Origin: Candidatus Latescibacterota bacterium
Lineage (GTDB): Bacteria > Latescibacterota > UBA2968
DNA length: 64,000 nucleotides
NCBI GenBank assembly: GCA_965222605.1
Contig: OZ244960.1
Span: 1,216,001 to 1,280,000 of the forward strand
Direction of reading: 5' to 3'
Position numbers and translations under genes: made by a program. A model generated the notes under the pieces. The model was not told where the DNA came from. It was given only the letters and a program-made list of their open reading frames with translations, and did no database searches. Below are positions 1-10,827 of this stretch, in pieces; the first letter of the stretch is position 1, and each line of letters opens with the position of its first letter.

Positions 1-561
1 ACAGATATTCGTCGCCCGAATGCCCGTCTGAATATCCAGCCAGACAAACCCCTTCCAGTACGTATGAACGGGATGGGTTTTGGTGTGATTTTCCAGCGGA
101 TGTTTTGAAATCCAATCGGTCGTCATCTCCACAAATGTTCGGGCGTATTTTTCATCGCGCGTCGCAGCATAAGCCTGTGCGAGCGGTGCAGCCCAATAAA
201 AACGGTACACAGCCGCAACCCACTCAATATCGCCGCGAGGATCCCATTCCCAGTCAAAATCATCGCCATAACGCGCCTCTTCATAAGGCCCCCACTGAAT
301 AATGCGCTGGCATATTTTGTCGGCTGTTGTAAAATCGCCTTCACCAGACGCCTCACCTATTGGATATTTCGCCCGATAATAATCGCGCAATGCTGCAAGC
401 GCGCCACTTCGATCCCCAGCATCCGCAGCCCGTTTTGCCACCTCCAAACCCGTCAGGTCTAATTTTTCCAAAATCCGTCCAGAATCAAACGACTGCAGAG
501 GCATCTCGTGATCAATTTGATCCGCCCCTTTGGGGTACTCCAGTACTGAACTCATAGCCAT
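1..561 (-). CDS. Heparinase II/III family protein, N-terminal part (runs off window start)
   Basis: Not in the ORF track; translated by hand from ATG 561 (RBS GGAGAG), open to position 1: MAMSSVLEYPKG...FDWEWDPRGDIEWVAAVYRFYWAAPLAQAYAATRDEKYARTFVEMTTDWISKHP...WLDIQTGIRATNIC, typical of the alginate-lyase/heparinase alpha/alpha domain. Confidence 0.7.
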   Translation of the reverse strand, partial: MAMSSVLEYPKGADQIDHEMPLQSFDSGRILEKLDLTGLEVAKRAADAGDRSGALAALRDYYRAKYPIGEASGEGDFTTADKICQRIIQWGPYEEARYGDDFDWEWDPRGDIEWVAAVYRFYWAAPLAQAYAATRDEKYARTFVEMTTDWISKHPLENHTKTHPVHTYWKGFVWLDIQTGIRATNIC

Positions 562-599
562 GCTCTCCAATTACTTCACGTTGTGATAGTTTTTGTGAC

Positions 600-2738
600 T
601 TATTTTTCGCTTCTAAACACCAGTTTTATCACCACACTTTGAAAAGGTTGCAATTTCATCGACACACCTTCATCCGTCAGCGCGATACCGGGGCGATCAG
701 AATCCGAGCCATCAAAAAATTCATAAGTATCGTACGCGGGAACCCGATCTATACGCAATAGCAAAACATCTGGCAAGTGATGTATTGGACAAACAACTTC
801 CCTGACAAAACGCGCATCCAAATTGTGAGCCACCAACAATCCCGAATGCCGGGTATAGCGCGTATAGGCAAAAACGCGGTCTTCAGAGTCGGTATTGCGG
901 TGAAAATAAACATGCCCGGTTTGCAACTCAGGACGCTGGCTCACAAATTGACGCAAAGCCTCATAAGCGGCAACAAGCTGTGAATGGGGTTCTCGCTCTG
1001 CCCACTCTGGATGCAACAATGTGGATGCTTCAAAATCAGTGCGCGCCTCCTCGCCCCATTCTGAGCCCCACTCTAAAGCATACGCCAAATTCACATAATG
1101 CGCCGTACCCGCCGTCGCATTGATCAGCGAACACTGGATATTGCACAGCAATGCCAATGCCCGGGAATGATAGCGTTCTCGCCAAATTTTTGTCGCGCGC
1201 GGGCTATCGTGATTCTCAAAATAGGCCATCGCCACAGTGCGGGGGGCAAACGCGCCAGAAGTGCGCTCTAAAAAATCGGCATACTGATTTCCGTATTCAG
1301 CATCCCGATGAAAATCCACTAACAATGCGTAAATCATATCCACCGGAATATCCACTGCCTCACTTAACTCGCACAGAGTTTCGCCCAAAACGAGCGCATC
1401 GGGTTTAACCGCATTGATGCGATTTTTAATCTGCTTCAAAAATGGCCGATCCACAGTTTGGCTCGCGTCAATACGCACCCCATCCAGATCACAAGTACGC
1501 ATCCAAAAAGGCGCGATTCCCGACAAATAATTTTGCAAGGGCCTGTTAAAAGGCAAATCGAGCAACGCCACATCCGAATACACCAGCCAGGCAATCTGAT
1601 GAATTTTTGGCTGCCCCTGCTCATCCATCACATACCAGTCGGGATATTGTTCAATCAACGGACAATCTCGGCTGGTCTGCATCAATACCAGATCAAAAAT
1701 CACCTGCTTACCCAGTGCGTGTGCCCGCCGCGTTAGCGCGCGCAATTCCGCACGCCCAATCAACTGTATCAGCGTATCGCGCCCGACCCAATCAATCAGT
1801 TCTTTGAATGTGCGAAAATTGTTAAAATCATCGACCTTGCGCAACCTCGACAACTGTCGCTCGTGCAATAACATCTGCAAATCCAAATCGACAATCAGCC
1901 CATCCGACACCAGCGAAAGAAAATCCACTTCTTCTGGCGGCGTAACCAGATCGGGATCGATCCGATAAAAATCCCGCACGGCATAAACACTGCCCAACGC
2001 GCCTTTTCGCACATCCTGTCCCGTGTGCAAATCTCCAAATCCGAGTTCAAAAAACGGGAGCAAATACACCACATCTGTCTGCATCTCTTCAATACGCGAT
2101 GTCACATCGCAAAATGTACCACTCACAAATTGCCCATCTGCATCCAGACGCGCACCAACTTTTCGCACGCAGACTTCGGTAATTGAAAGACAATGGCGAA
2201 CCCGTTCGGGGCTGATCGCGATTACTCCATCTCGATTCAGTGCAATATCATTGACCGAGATCCACGCCTTTGAAGCATCCGACAGTGCCTTATCATCAGC
2301 CGAAAACTCGACCGTATAGTGAAAAACACCCGTCTGATCGATCTGAATCACATCCGATTCGAAAACCAGATTATTCCCCGAAAGAACGGGTTGCCCTCCC
2401 CCATCCACAATCATACGCATAGAAACATAAAAGCCTGTACCTGTGCGAAACTCACCCCGCTCATCTACAAAGCCGCGATCATTCACATCGGTCCACAAAC
2501 GAGCTTCTACATCGCCCGTGCGACAGGAGGCGAAATCGATATCCACAACAAATAACTCAGCTCGAACACGCGCTTCTACTGCACGATCAGGCATCATAAA
2601 TGCCCGACCCATCACTGTATCATATCGAATACCATCCAACTCAACCGTCAGATTACCGGCCCAGACATCTGCGTTGTCATACGCCTGAACAGCATATCGC
2701 TCGTGCAATTTGTATTTAAATTCTAAACGCTTATCCAC
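600..2738 (-). CDS. Alpha-amylase family (GH13) glycoside hydrolase with a long N-terminal extension
   Basis: GSVYAVRDFY, VIFDLV, catalytic motifs DGVRIDA, VLGETL, YFENHD. GTG start at 2738 follows GGAGG; the ORF track extends to 2903. Confidence 0.8.
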   Translation of the reverse strand: MDKRLEFKYKLHERYAVQAYDNADVWAGNLTVELDGIRYDTVMGRAFMMPDRAVEARVRAELFVVDIDFASCRTGDVEARLWTDVNDRGFVDERGEFRTGTGFYVSMRMIVDGGGQPVLSGNNLVFESDVIQIDQTGVFHYTVEFSADDKALSDASKAWISVNDIALNRDGVIAISPERVRHCLSITEVCVRKVGARLDADGQFVSGTFCDVTSRIEEMQTDVVYLLPFFELGFGDLHTGQDVRKGALGSVYAVRDFYRIDPDLVTPPEEVDFLSLVSDGLIVDLDLQMLLHERQLSRLRKVDDFNNFRTFKELIDWVGRDTLIQLIGRAELRALTRRAHALGKQVIFDLVLMQTSRDCPLIEQYPDWYVMDEQGQPKIHQIAWLVYSDVALLDLPFNRPLQNYLSGIAPFWMRTCDLDGVRIDASQTVDRPFLKQIKNRINAVKPDALVLGETLCELSEAVDIPVDMIYALLVDFHRDAEYGNQYADFLERTSGAFAPRTVAMAYFENHDSPRATKIWRERYHSRALALLCNIQCSLINATAGTAHYVNLAYALEWGSEWGEEARTDFEASTLLHPEWAEREPHSQLVAAYEALRQFVSQRPELQTGHVYFHRNTDSEDRVFAYTRYTRHSGLLVAHNLDARFVREVVCPIHHLPDVLLLRIDRVPAYDTYEFFDGSDSDRPGIALTDEGVSMKLQPFQSVVIKLVFRSEK

Positions 2739-2856
2739 AGATCCTCCCGGTAAAACAACTGCGTTCTCGCATCCGGACAATATACGAAAGTTTATGGGGT
2801 AAATCTCAATAAACGTACTGATATGTAATACACATTTAACAGATAAGAAACGGTAA

Positions 2857-3264
<408 letters not shown>

Positions 3265-3289
3265 CACAATCACATATCAGGAGAATACA

Positions 3290-4612
3290 ATGATTAAACG
3301 CCATAACATCTTTACCCTGCTCATCGGCCTGGCATTGTTGCTGGCCTTGCCCAACATCGCTCTTGCCGACGAACTCAGCTCAGGCGACACAGCCTGGATG
3401 CTCACCTCAACTGCCCTGGTGCTATTTATGACCATACCCGGCCTCGCCCTCTTTTACGGCGGCCTCGTACGCACCAAAAATGTCCTGTCTGTTCTCATGC
3501 AGTGTTTCGCCCTCACAGCCATCATGACCCTTGTCTGGGTTATCATAGGCTATAGTCTCGCCTTCAACACCGATGGCATGGAAGCTGGCTCGACCAACAT
3601 AAACTCATTTATAGGTGGTTTAGGCACCATGTTCTTATCCGGTGTGACCGCCAGCAGCCTGTCTGGTACCATTCCAGAAACAGTTTTCATCACCTTCCAG
3701 ATGACCTTTGCCATTATCACCCCGGCCCTCATCGTCGGTGCTTTTGCAGAGCGCATGAAATTCTCGGCCATGATTCTATTTTCGATCCTCTGGTCCATGG
3801 TTGTCTATGCACCTATCTGCCACATGGCCTGGAGTGGTGACGGTTCTTTCTTTGGCGATATGGGCGTACTCGACTTTGCAGGTGGCACGGTTGTACACAT
3901 CAACGCGGGCGTCGCAGCCCTTGTCGCGTGCATTGTCATTGGCAAACGCCAGGGCTATCCCAACACGCTTATGGCCCCTCACAGCTTGACAATCACCGTT
4001 ATAGGTGCGTCTATGCTATGGGTCGGTTGGTTCGGCTTTAATGCCGGAAGTGCTGTTGCAGCCGATGGAGCCGCCGGTATGGCCATGCTCGTCACACAGG
4101 TAGCCACCGCATCTGCAACACTGGGCTGGATGGCCGCCGAATGGATCAGACTCGGCAAACCCAGTATCCTGGGTGCAGTCACAGGTGCTGTTGCCGGCCT
4201 CGTCGCCATCACCCCAGCTTCGGGCAGCGTAGGACCGATGGGCGCGATTGTCGTTGGCCTGGCCTCTGGCGTCCTCTGCTTCTGGGCCGCTACCAGTCTC
4301 AAGCGCGCATTGGGTTATGACGACTCCCTCGATGCTTTCGGTGTTCACGGCATAGGCGGTATTGTGGGTGCGCTCCTTACAGGCATCTTTGCCGCTGAAA
4401 GCCTCGGTGGACAAGGACTCAGCGCCGATTCTATCGGCGGACAATTCGTCGTACAGCTCATCGCCGTCGTCTTCACCATTGTCTATTGCGGTGTCTTATC
4501 CTTCATCTTGCTCAAAATCGTCGATGCCATTGTTGGCCTGCGTGTCTCGCAAGACGAAGAAACCGAAGGACTCGATATCTCACTCCACGACGAGCGAGGC
4601 TACAATTATTAA
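3290..4612 (+). CDS. amtB: Ammonium transporter, copy 1
   Basis: FQMTFAIIT, DFAGGTVVHINAG, WFGFNAGS, DDSLDAFGVHG (twin His). ATG 3290 after AGGAG. Confidence 0.97.
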   Translation: MIKRHNIFTLLIGLALLLALPNIALADELSSGDTAWMLTSTALVLFMTIPGLALFYGGLVRTKNVLSVLMQCFALTAIMTLVWVIIGYSLAFNTDGMEAGSTNINSFIGGLGTMFLSGVTASSLSGTIPETVFITFQMTFAIITPALIVGAFAERMKFSAMILFSILWSMVVYAPICHMAWSGDGSFFGDMGVLDFAGGTVVHINAGVAALVACIVIGKRQGYPNTLMAPHSLTITVIGASMLWVGWFGFNAGSAVAADGAAGMAMLVTQVATASATLGWMAAEWIRLGKPSILGAVTGAVAGLVAITPASGSVGPMGAIVVGLASGVLCFWAATSLKRALGYDDSLDAFGVHGIGGIVGALLTGIFAAESLGGQGLSADSIGGQFVVQLIAVVFTIVYCGVLSFILLKIVDAIVGLRVSQDEETEGLDISLHDERGYNY

Positions 4613-4629
4613 AACTGTCAGCCAAACCA

Positions 4630-4662
4630 AAAGAGCGGGCACTATGTGTCCGCTCTTTTTTT
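4630..4662 (+). terminator. Intrinsic terminator after amtB copy 1
   Basis: AAGAGCGGGCAC-TAT-GTGTCCGCTCTT followed by a T-run. Confidence 0.85.
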
Positions 4663-4733
4663 AAAAAGGTACACCTAAACCCTACCGTCAGGTATTTTGC
4701 ATAACAAAAAATGCCGTAGCCATTTCTATCCTC

Positions 4734-4770
4734 AAGCGCACTTCTCCACGAAGTGCGCTTTCTTTTTTTC
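4734..4770 (+). terminator. Second terminator-like hairpin before glnK copy 2
   Basis: AAGCGCACTT-CTCCACG-AAGTGCGCTT followed by TCTTTTTTT. Confidence 0.6.
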
Positions 4771-4864
4771 TTTATATTCCCCAAATCGGGTTTTATAATA
4801 CACTTCTTCTGAAAAGGATCGAAAAGCGATCCCGACCACACACTTTATGAAGGAGGAGTTCAGT

Positions 4865-5203
4865 ATGAAACTCATCACAGCAGTCATCCAGCCCCACAAG
4901 CTGGACGATGTGCGTGCAGCACTCGGCGACATCGGCATCCAGGGCATGACCGTCACGGAAGCACGTGGCTTTGGACGCCAAAGAGGACACCGAGAAGTCT
5001 ATCGCGGTGCCGAATACATCGTCGATTTTCTACCCAAAGCCAAGCTGGAGATAGCCATCGATGACGATATGGTTGATCGCGCTATTGATGCGATAGAGCA
5101 TGCAGCCAAAACAGGCAACGTAGGGGATGGAAAAATTTTTGTTACAGATTTAGGACAAGCTGTTCGCATTCGAACGGGTGAAACCGGACCCGACGCACTT
5201 TAG
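4865..5203 (+). CDS. glnK: P-II nitrogen regulatory protein, copy 2
   Basis: Near-identical paralogue of 2926..3264 with the same RBS GGAGGAGTTCAGT-ATG. Confidence 0.97.
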   Translation: MKLITAVIQPHKLDDVRAALGDIGIQGMTVTEARGFGRQRGHREVYRGAEYIVDFLPKAKLEIAIDDDMVDRAIDAIEHAAKTGNVGDGKIFVTDLGQAVRIRTGETGPDAL

Positions 5204-5232
5204 AACCACAAAATTTTGGAGGAAACACAAAC

Positions 5233-6555
5233 ATGAAACGCCACATTCCCATCTTTGCAAGCCTCATGCTCGTCTTAGGACTCCCAGACCTCGCGCTTGC
5301 CGATGGACACGAACTCAACGGCAGCGACACAGCCTGGCTACTCACCGCAACTGCCCTGGTGCTATTTATGACCATACCCGGCCTTGCCCTCTTTTACGGC
5401 GGCCTCGTACGCACCAAAAATGTCTTGTCTGTCCTCATGCAGTGCTTTGCACTCACCGCAGTCTTGAGCGTCGTCTGGGTCATCATCGGTTATAGTCTCG
5501 CCTTCAACACCAATGGCATGACAGCCGGCATGACCAACCTCAACTCCTTTATCGGTGGTCTGGGCACCGCGTTCTTATTCGGTGTGACAGCCGATAGCCT
5601 CTATAATACGATTCCGGAAACGGTCTTCATCACCTTTCAAATGACCTTCTTCATCATCACACCTGCGCTCATCGTCGGGGCTTTTGCCGAACGCATGAAA
5701 TTTTCAGCCGTACTCTTATTCTCCGTGCTCTGGGGCATTCTCGTTTACGCGCCTATCTGCCACATGACATGGGGCGGCGACGGTTCCCTCTTTGGCGACA
5801 TGGGCGTACTCGACTTTGCAGGTGGACTTGTTGTACACATCAACGCGGGTATCGCAGCACTTGTCGCGTGTATTGTCATTGGCAAACGCCAGGGCTATCC
5901 CGACGCACAAATTTTGCCCCACAGCCTCAGCCTTACGGTTGTTGGCGCGTCCATGCTGTGGGTCGGTTGGTTCGGCTTTAATGCCGGAAGTGCTGTCGCC
6001 GCCGACGGAGCCGCTGGCATGGCCATGCTCGTCACACAGATATCTGCCGCAGTCGCCACCTCCACCTGGATGTTTATCGAATGGATCAAAAACGGCAAAC
6101 CCAGTATCCTGGGTGCGGTCACAGGCACGATTGCCGGATTGGGTGCTATTACACCTGCTTCGGGCAGCGTAGGTCCCCTGGGGGCTATTGTCATCGGCCT
6201 TGCTGCCGGTGCTATTTGCTTTTGGGCATCCACGGTGCTCAAACGAAGATTGGGCTACGATGACTCCCTCGACGTCTTCGGCGTCCACGGCGTGGGCGGC
6301 ATTATTGGCACCTTGCTATGTGGTATTTTTGTCGCCAAAAGTTTGGGCGGCCAGGGATTGGCCGAAGGCATGACCATGGGCAGTCAATTTACCGCCCAAT
6401 TGACCGCGGTCATTATCACCATCGTCTATTGCGGCGTGGTATCCTTCATCCTGCTCAAAATTATCGACGCCACTGTTGGCCTGCGCGTCTCGCAAGAAGA
6501 AGAAACCCAGGGACTCGATATTGCCCTCCACGACGAGCGCGGCTACAATTATTAA
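5233..6555 (+). CDS. amtB: Ammonium transporter, copy 2
   Basis: DFAGGLVVHINAG, WFGFNAGS, DDSLDVFGVHG; paralogue of copy 1. Confidence 0.97.
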   Translation: MKRHIPIFASLMLVLGLPDLALADGHELNGSDTAWLLTATALVLFMTIPGLALFYGGLVRTKNVLSVLMQCFALTAVLSVVWVIIGYSLAFNTNGMTAGMTNLNSFIGGLGTAFLFGVTADSLYNTIPETVFITFQMTFFIITPALIVGAFAERMKFSAVLLFSVLWGILVYAPICHMTWGGDGSLFGDMGVLDFAGGLVVHINAGIAALVACIVIGKRQGYPDAQILPHSLSLTVVGASMLWVGWFGFNAGSAVAADGAAGMAMLVTQISAAVATSTWMFIEWIKNGKPSILGAVTGTIAGLGAITPASGSVGPLGAIVIGLAAGAICFWASTVLKRRLGYDDSLDVFGVHGVGGIIGTLLCGIFVAKSLGGQGLAEGMTMGSQFTAQLTAVIITIVYCGVVSFILLKIIDATVGLRVSQEEETQGLDIALHDERGYNY

Positions 6556-6578
6556 ACCTGCTTAACAAAGCGGATATA

Positions 6579-6609
6579 AAAAAGCGGGCACATTGCACCC
6601 GCTTTTTTT
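6579..6609 (+). terminator. Intrinsic terminator after amtB copy 2
   Basis: AAAAGCGGG...CCCGCTTTTTTT, related to the copy 1 terminator. Confidence 0.8.
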
Positions 6610-6684
6610 ATTGTTGCAATTTATTTAGACACCTTTATTTTTTCACCGACAACAGTCATAATCCACCCATAGAAAGGATTTAAA

Positions 6685-7644
6685 ATGAAAATTGTTTTAC
6701 ACCCCCCCGTTGATGAAGACCTTTGCCAACAAGTTAGAGACACGGCTCCCAATGCCGACGTTGTCATGGCAGATGACCAAAATATCATTGAAGCTGTCGC
6801 AGATGCCGAAATTATATTTGGAAATTTTTCATCTGAAATTGTCCGTGCAGCCCCCAATCTCAAATGGATTCAATCCACAAGTGCCGGCATGGACAAAGCC
6901 CTGATCCCAGAAATCGCCGACAGCGACATCACGATATGCAATGCCAGCGGTGTCCATGCCGTTCAGGTCGCCGAACACGCCTGGGCACTCACCACAGCCC
7001 TCACGCGCGGGCTACACGTTTCTTTTCGCCATCAACTCGACCATGCCTGGAATCGCCCACCACTCGCCGACTTATTGGAAGCCACCATTCTCATCGTCGG
7101 ATTTGGCGGCATTGGTCAATACTATGCACAACTCGCCCAGGGCTATGACGCGCGCCTGATTGCTCTGGATATCCAGGGCGGCGACAAACCCGATTATGTC
7201 GAAGCGATCTGGGACATGGATCGTTTGGATGAAGGTCTGCAAATAGCCGATGTCGTATTTATCGCCGTGCCGTACACACCCGAAACCGAAAAACTCATCA
7301 ATGCCCGCACCCTGAGCCTGATGAAAAACACCGCCTTTCTGGTCAACACCGCACGCGGTCCCATCGTCGATGAAGCCGCTTTGGCCGAGGGCCTCAAAAA
7401 CGGCGAAATCGCCGGCGCTGGCCTAGACGTGTTTGAAAAAGAACCCCTGTCTCCCGACAGCCCACTCTGGGACATGGAAAACGTCATTATCACCCCACAC
7501 GCTGCCGGCGGGTCTCCCAATCGACACAACCGAACCGTTGGATTCTTCTGCCAAAACCTGAAACGCTATCAGGCTGGCGAACCGCTCTTTAACGAAGTTG
7601 ACAAATCCCTCGGATATCCAAAACGGGAACGACGCGTCAAATGA
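6685..7644 (+). CDS. D-2-hydroxyacid dehydrogenase (NAD-binding)
   Basis: GFGGIG Rossmann motif, LVNTARG, GAGLDVFEKEP, ITPHAAG. Confidence 0.93.
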   Translation: MKIVLHPPVDEDLCQQVRDTAPNADVVMADDQNIIEAVADAEIIFGNFSSEIVRAAPNLKWIQSTSAGMDKALIPEIADSDITICNASGVHAVQVAEHAWALTTALTRGLHVSFRHQLDHAWNRPPLADLLEATILIVGFGGIGQYYAQLAQGYDARLIALDIQGGDKPDYVEAIWDMDRLDEGLQIADVVFIAVPYTPETEKLINARTLSLMKNTAFLVNTARGPIVDEAALAEGLKNGEIAGAGLDVFEKEPLSPDSPLWDMENVIITPHAAGGSPNRHNRTVGFFCQNLKRYQAGEPLFNEVDKSLGYPKRERRVK

Positions 7645-7663
7645 GTTAAGGGCTAGGGACTAA

Positions 7664-7891
7664 TTGCTCTGTCAAATAAGTTTCTTGTATTATATCACTC
7701 CTATCAACAGAGCCGTCATTGCGGCATGGTTTTAGCCGCCACGCCGCACGCGAAGCATGGCGTAAGCCCACGCGCAACGAAGTAATCCAGTAGTTTTGCC
7801 TGTCATCACGGCATGATGTTGAGCCGCCACGCGCAGCACAACGCCAGTAATTCAGTCTGAAAAATGTTAGCTAATTTTTTTGAAATACCAC
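7664..7891. mobile_element. MITE-like element, copy A, with two REP-like palindromic units
   Basis: Left end TTGCTCTGTCAAATAAGTTT is 19/20 identical to the reverse complement of the right end of 26605..26756; its degenerate right end matches the other end; shared internal GTCATTGCGGCATGGTTTTAGCCGC. Confidence 0.75.
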
Positions 7892-7903
7892 TGAGGAAAT
7901 TGA

Positions 7904-10678
7904 ATGCGTCTATCGTGGAATGAAATTCGCATCCGTGCGGCTCAGTTTGCTCAAGACTGGAAAGATGCTGGCTACGAGAAGGGTGAGACACAGAGTTTTT
8001 ACAACGAATTTTTTGACATCTTCGACGTGAAGCGGCGTACGGTTGCCCGCTACGAGGAGCACGTCCAGCGGTTGGATAACTCTCGCGGCTTTATCGACCT
8101 ATTCTGGCCGGGGGTGTTGCTCGTTGAGCAGAAGAGCGCGGGGGTCAATCTGGCGGCGGCTCGCAAGCAGGCGGGCACCTATTTCGACGCCCTGCCGGAG
8201 CGCGACCGTCCGCGCTATCAGTTGCTCTGCGACTTTCAGACCTTTGAGCTGCTCGATCGAGACGAGCGCGAGGAAGTCTCCTTCGCCCTCGCCGATTTGC
8301 CCCAACACGTCGAAAAGTTCGGTTTTATCCTCGGCGTCCAAAAGCGCACCTTCCGCGACCAGGATCCGGTCAACATCGAAGCATCCGAGCGCGTCGGTCA
8401 ACTTCACGACGCGCTGGCCGCCTCCGGCTACACAGGCCACGATCTCGAGCAGTTCCTCGTCCGCATTGTTTTCTGTCTGTTCGCCGATGATACCGGCATC
8501 TTTGAGCCACGCGACATTTTCTTTGACTTTTTGGAGAACCGCACGCAAAAAGATGGATCGGACCTCGGCGGCTGGCTGGCGCAATTATTCCAAGTACTCA
8601 ACACGCCCGAAGACCGTCGCTCGACCACCCTGGACGAAGACCTCAACCGTTTTCCCTACATCAATGGCGACCTATTCCGAGATCCCTTGCTCATTCCGTC
8701 GTTTAATTCCGAGATGCGCCAGCGTCTGATCGATGCCTGTACCTTTGATTGGTCGAGTATTTCGCCGGCGATCTTCGGTTCGCTCTTTCAATCCGTCATG
8801 GACAAGGACGAGCGCAGGGCACAGGGAGCGCATTACACCACCGAAAAGAACATCCTCAAGGTCATTGAACCGCTGTTTCTCGATGCTTTGCGTACTGAGT
8901 TCCACCACCTTAAGTCTCGCCGTGACAGTCGGCGCATCCCCGAAATGATTGCCTTTCAGCGACAGCTCGGTGAGTTGCGCTTTTTCGATCCGGCCTGCGG
9001 CTGCGGCAATTTTCTGATCATTGCCTACCGCGAGTTGCGGACGTTGGAAATCGAGGTGCTCAAGGAGATTCGTCCCCGTGGTCAACTCGATGTTCTGGCG
9101 GAGTTGCTTTCTGTTGTCGATGTGGATCAGTTCTACGGGATTGAGTTGGGAGAATTTCCGGCGCACATTGCCGAAGTCGCACTGTGGATGATGGATCACC
9201 TGATGAACAATCGTCTGAGCCTGGAGTTCGGCCAGACTTATGCACGTATTCCGCTGGAAAAATCGCCGCATATTTGGCACGGAGACGCGCTGGAGACCGA
9301 TTGGAACGACCTTCTTCCGTCCGGCGAATGTTCTTATGTGCTGGGTAATCCGCCGTTTGTGGGTGCAAAATACCAATCGCCAGCGCAACGCGAACAGGTC
9401 CGCCACATCGCCGCGTTGGGCAAAAGCGGGGGCACCCTCGATTACGTCACCGCGTGGTTTATCAAGGCTGGTGAATACGTGCAACAGGGCGCGGCACAGA
9501 TCGGTTTTGTAGCGACCAATTCCATCACGCAGGGCGAACAAGTGGCGCAACTCTGGCCGATTCTATTTGACCGTTACAAGCTGGACATCGCCTTCGCGCA
9601 CCGCACCTTTGCCTGGGGATCGGACGCCCGTGGTATGGCGCATGTTCACGTCGTGATTATCGGACTGACCAAATGGGGCGATGCGCCGCGAGAGAAGCGT
9701 TTATTTTCCTACGACCATCCCAAAGGCGAGCCACACGAGAGCCGCCACGCGGCCCTTTCGCCCTACCTGTTCGACGCGGGCGGACTCGCCAATCCGCGCA
9801 TTGTGGTAAAATCTGAACACCGGCCGATTAACGGACTGCCGAGATTGATTACCGGCTCCAAGCCCATCGATGGCGGACACTACATTTTCGACACCGATGA
9901 ACGCGCTGCCTTCCTGAGCGAAGAACCTAATGCCGAGCCGTATCTGCGCCCCTTCGTGGGAAGCCGCGAGTTTTTGCAGGGCGGAAAACGTTGGATATTG
10001 CGCTTGACCGATGTGCCACCCCAAGTCCTGAGAACGCTACTGAAAGTCCGCGAGCGCATAGCTTCCGTCCGCGTCTATCGGTTGGCGAGCAAAAGCAAGC
10101 CCACCCAAGCTCTCGCCGAGACGCCGACGCTCTACCACATAAACGTTATTCCCACCACGCCGTTTTTGGTCGTGCCAGAGGTCAGTTCCGAACGGCGGGA
10201 GTATGTGCCGATTGGATGGCTGGAGCCACCGGTAATTCCGAGCAATCTCGTCCGCATTATGGAAAACGCCAGCAAACCTCTATTCGCCTTGCTCACTTCT
10301 GCCATGCACGTAAGTTGGCTGCGCTACATTGGTGGGCGACTAAAAAGCGATTACCGATACTCCATCGGCCTTGTGTACAACACCTTCCCCCTCCCCCCTG
10401 TCCCCGCAGACCGACTGCAACGCCTCGCGCTCTATGCCGAAGCTGTACTCGCCGCCCGCGCCGCCCACCCCAACGCAACCCTTGCAGACCTCTACGACCC
10501 CGACCTCATGCCGGTCAATCTCCGCAAGGCACACCAGGCCCTTGACCGTGCGGTTGACCACCTGTACCGCCGTTCCCCATTTCCCTCTGACCGTGAGCGT
10601 GTCGAACATCTGCTCGTCTTATACGAAAAAATGATCGCCCCCCTCTCCGCCCCAAAACCAAAGCGAAGACGAAGGTGA
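7904..10678 (+). CDS. MmeI/YeeA-like type IIL restriction-modification enzyme (N6-adenine methyltransferase + endonuclease + TRD)
   Basis: N-terminal FIDLFWPGVLLVEQKS (PD-ExK), GAHYT, FFDPACGCGNF (motif I), GNPPF (motif IV), C-terminal GGRLKSDYRYS and TLADLYDP. Confidence 0.93.
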   Translation: MRLSWNEIRIRAAQFAQDWKDAGYEKGETQSFYNEFFDIFDVKRRTVARYEEHVQRLDNSRGFIDLFWPGVLLVEQKSAGVNLAAARKQAGTYFDALPERDRPRYQLLCDFQTFELLDRDEREEVSFALADLPQHVEKFGFILGVQKRTFRDQDPVNIEASERVGQLHDALAASGYTGHDLEQFLVRIVFCLFADDTGIFEPRDIFFDFLENRTQKDGSDLGGWLAQLFQVLNTPEDRRSTTLDEDLNRFPYINGDLFRDPLLIPSFNSEMRQRLIDACTFDWSSISPAIFGSLFQSVMDKDERRAQGAHYTTEKNILKVIEPLFLDALRTEFHHLKSRRDSRRIPEMIAFQRQLGELRFFDPACGCGNFLIIAYRELRTLEIEVLKEIRPRGQLDVLAELLSVVDVDQFYGIELGEFPAHIAEVALWMMDHLMNNRLSLEFGQTYARIPLEKSPHIWHGDALETDWNDLLPSGECSYVLGNPPFVGAKYQSPAQREQVRHIAALGKSGGTLDYVTAWFIKAGEYVQQGAAQIGFVATNSITQGEQVAQLWPILFDRYKLDIAFAHRTFAWGSDARGMAHVHVVIIGLTKWGDAPREKRLFSYDHPKGEPHESRHAALSPYLFDAGGLANPRIVVKSEHRPINGLPRLITGSKPIDGGHYIFDTDERAAFLSEEPNAEPYLRPFVGSREFLQGGKRWILRLTDVPPQVLRTLLKVRERIASVRVYRLASKSKPTQALAETPTLYHINVIPTTPFLVVPEVSSERREYVPIGWLEPPVIPSNLVRIMENASKPLFALLTSAMHVSWLRYIGGRLKSDYRYSIGLVYNTFPLPPVPADRLQRLALYAEAVLAARAAHPNATLADLYDPDLMPVNLRKAHQALDRAVDHLYRRSPFPSDRERVEHLLVLYEKMIAPLSAPKPKRRRR

Positions 10679-10827
10679 TCATAGAACCACGGCGCCAGCT
10701 ACATTAAGTACTCAAGAGATGGCGATTTTACGGTTTGTTTTTTCATATCATTTTGATATTTTTTGAAGGTGATATGCCATGTGTGAGAGCGATGAATGTC
10801 GTAAACTTCCACTGAAAGGACTGTATA

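Noticed and set aside
8043-10634. Overlapping alternate-frame ORFs within the R-M gene
   Set aside because: By-products of GC-rich codon usage in the MmeI-like CDS.
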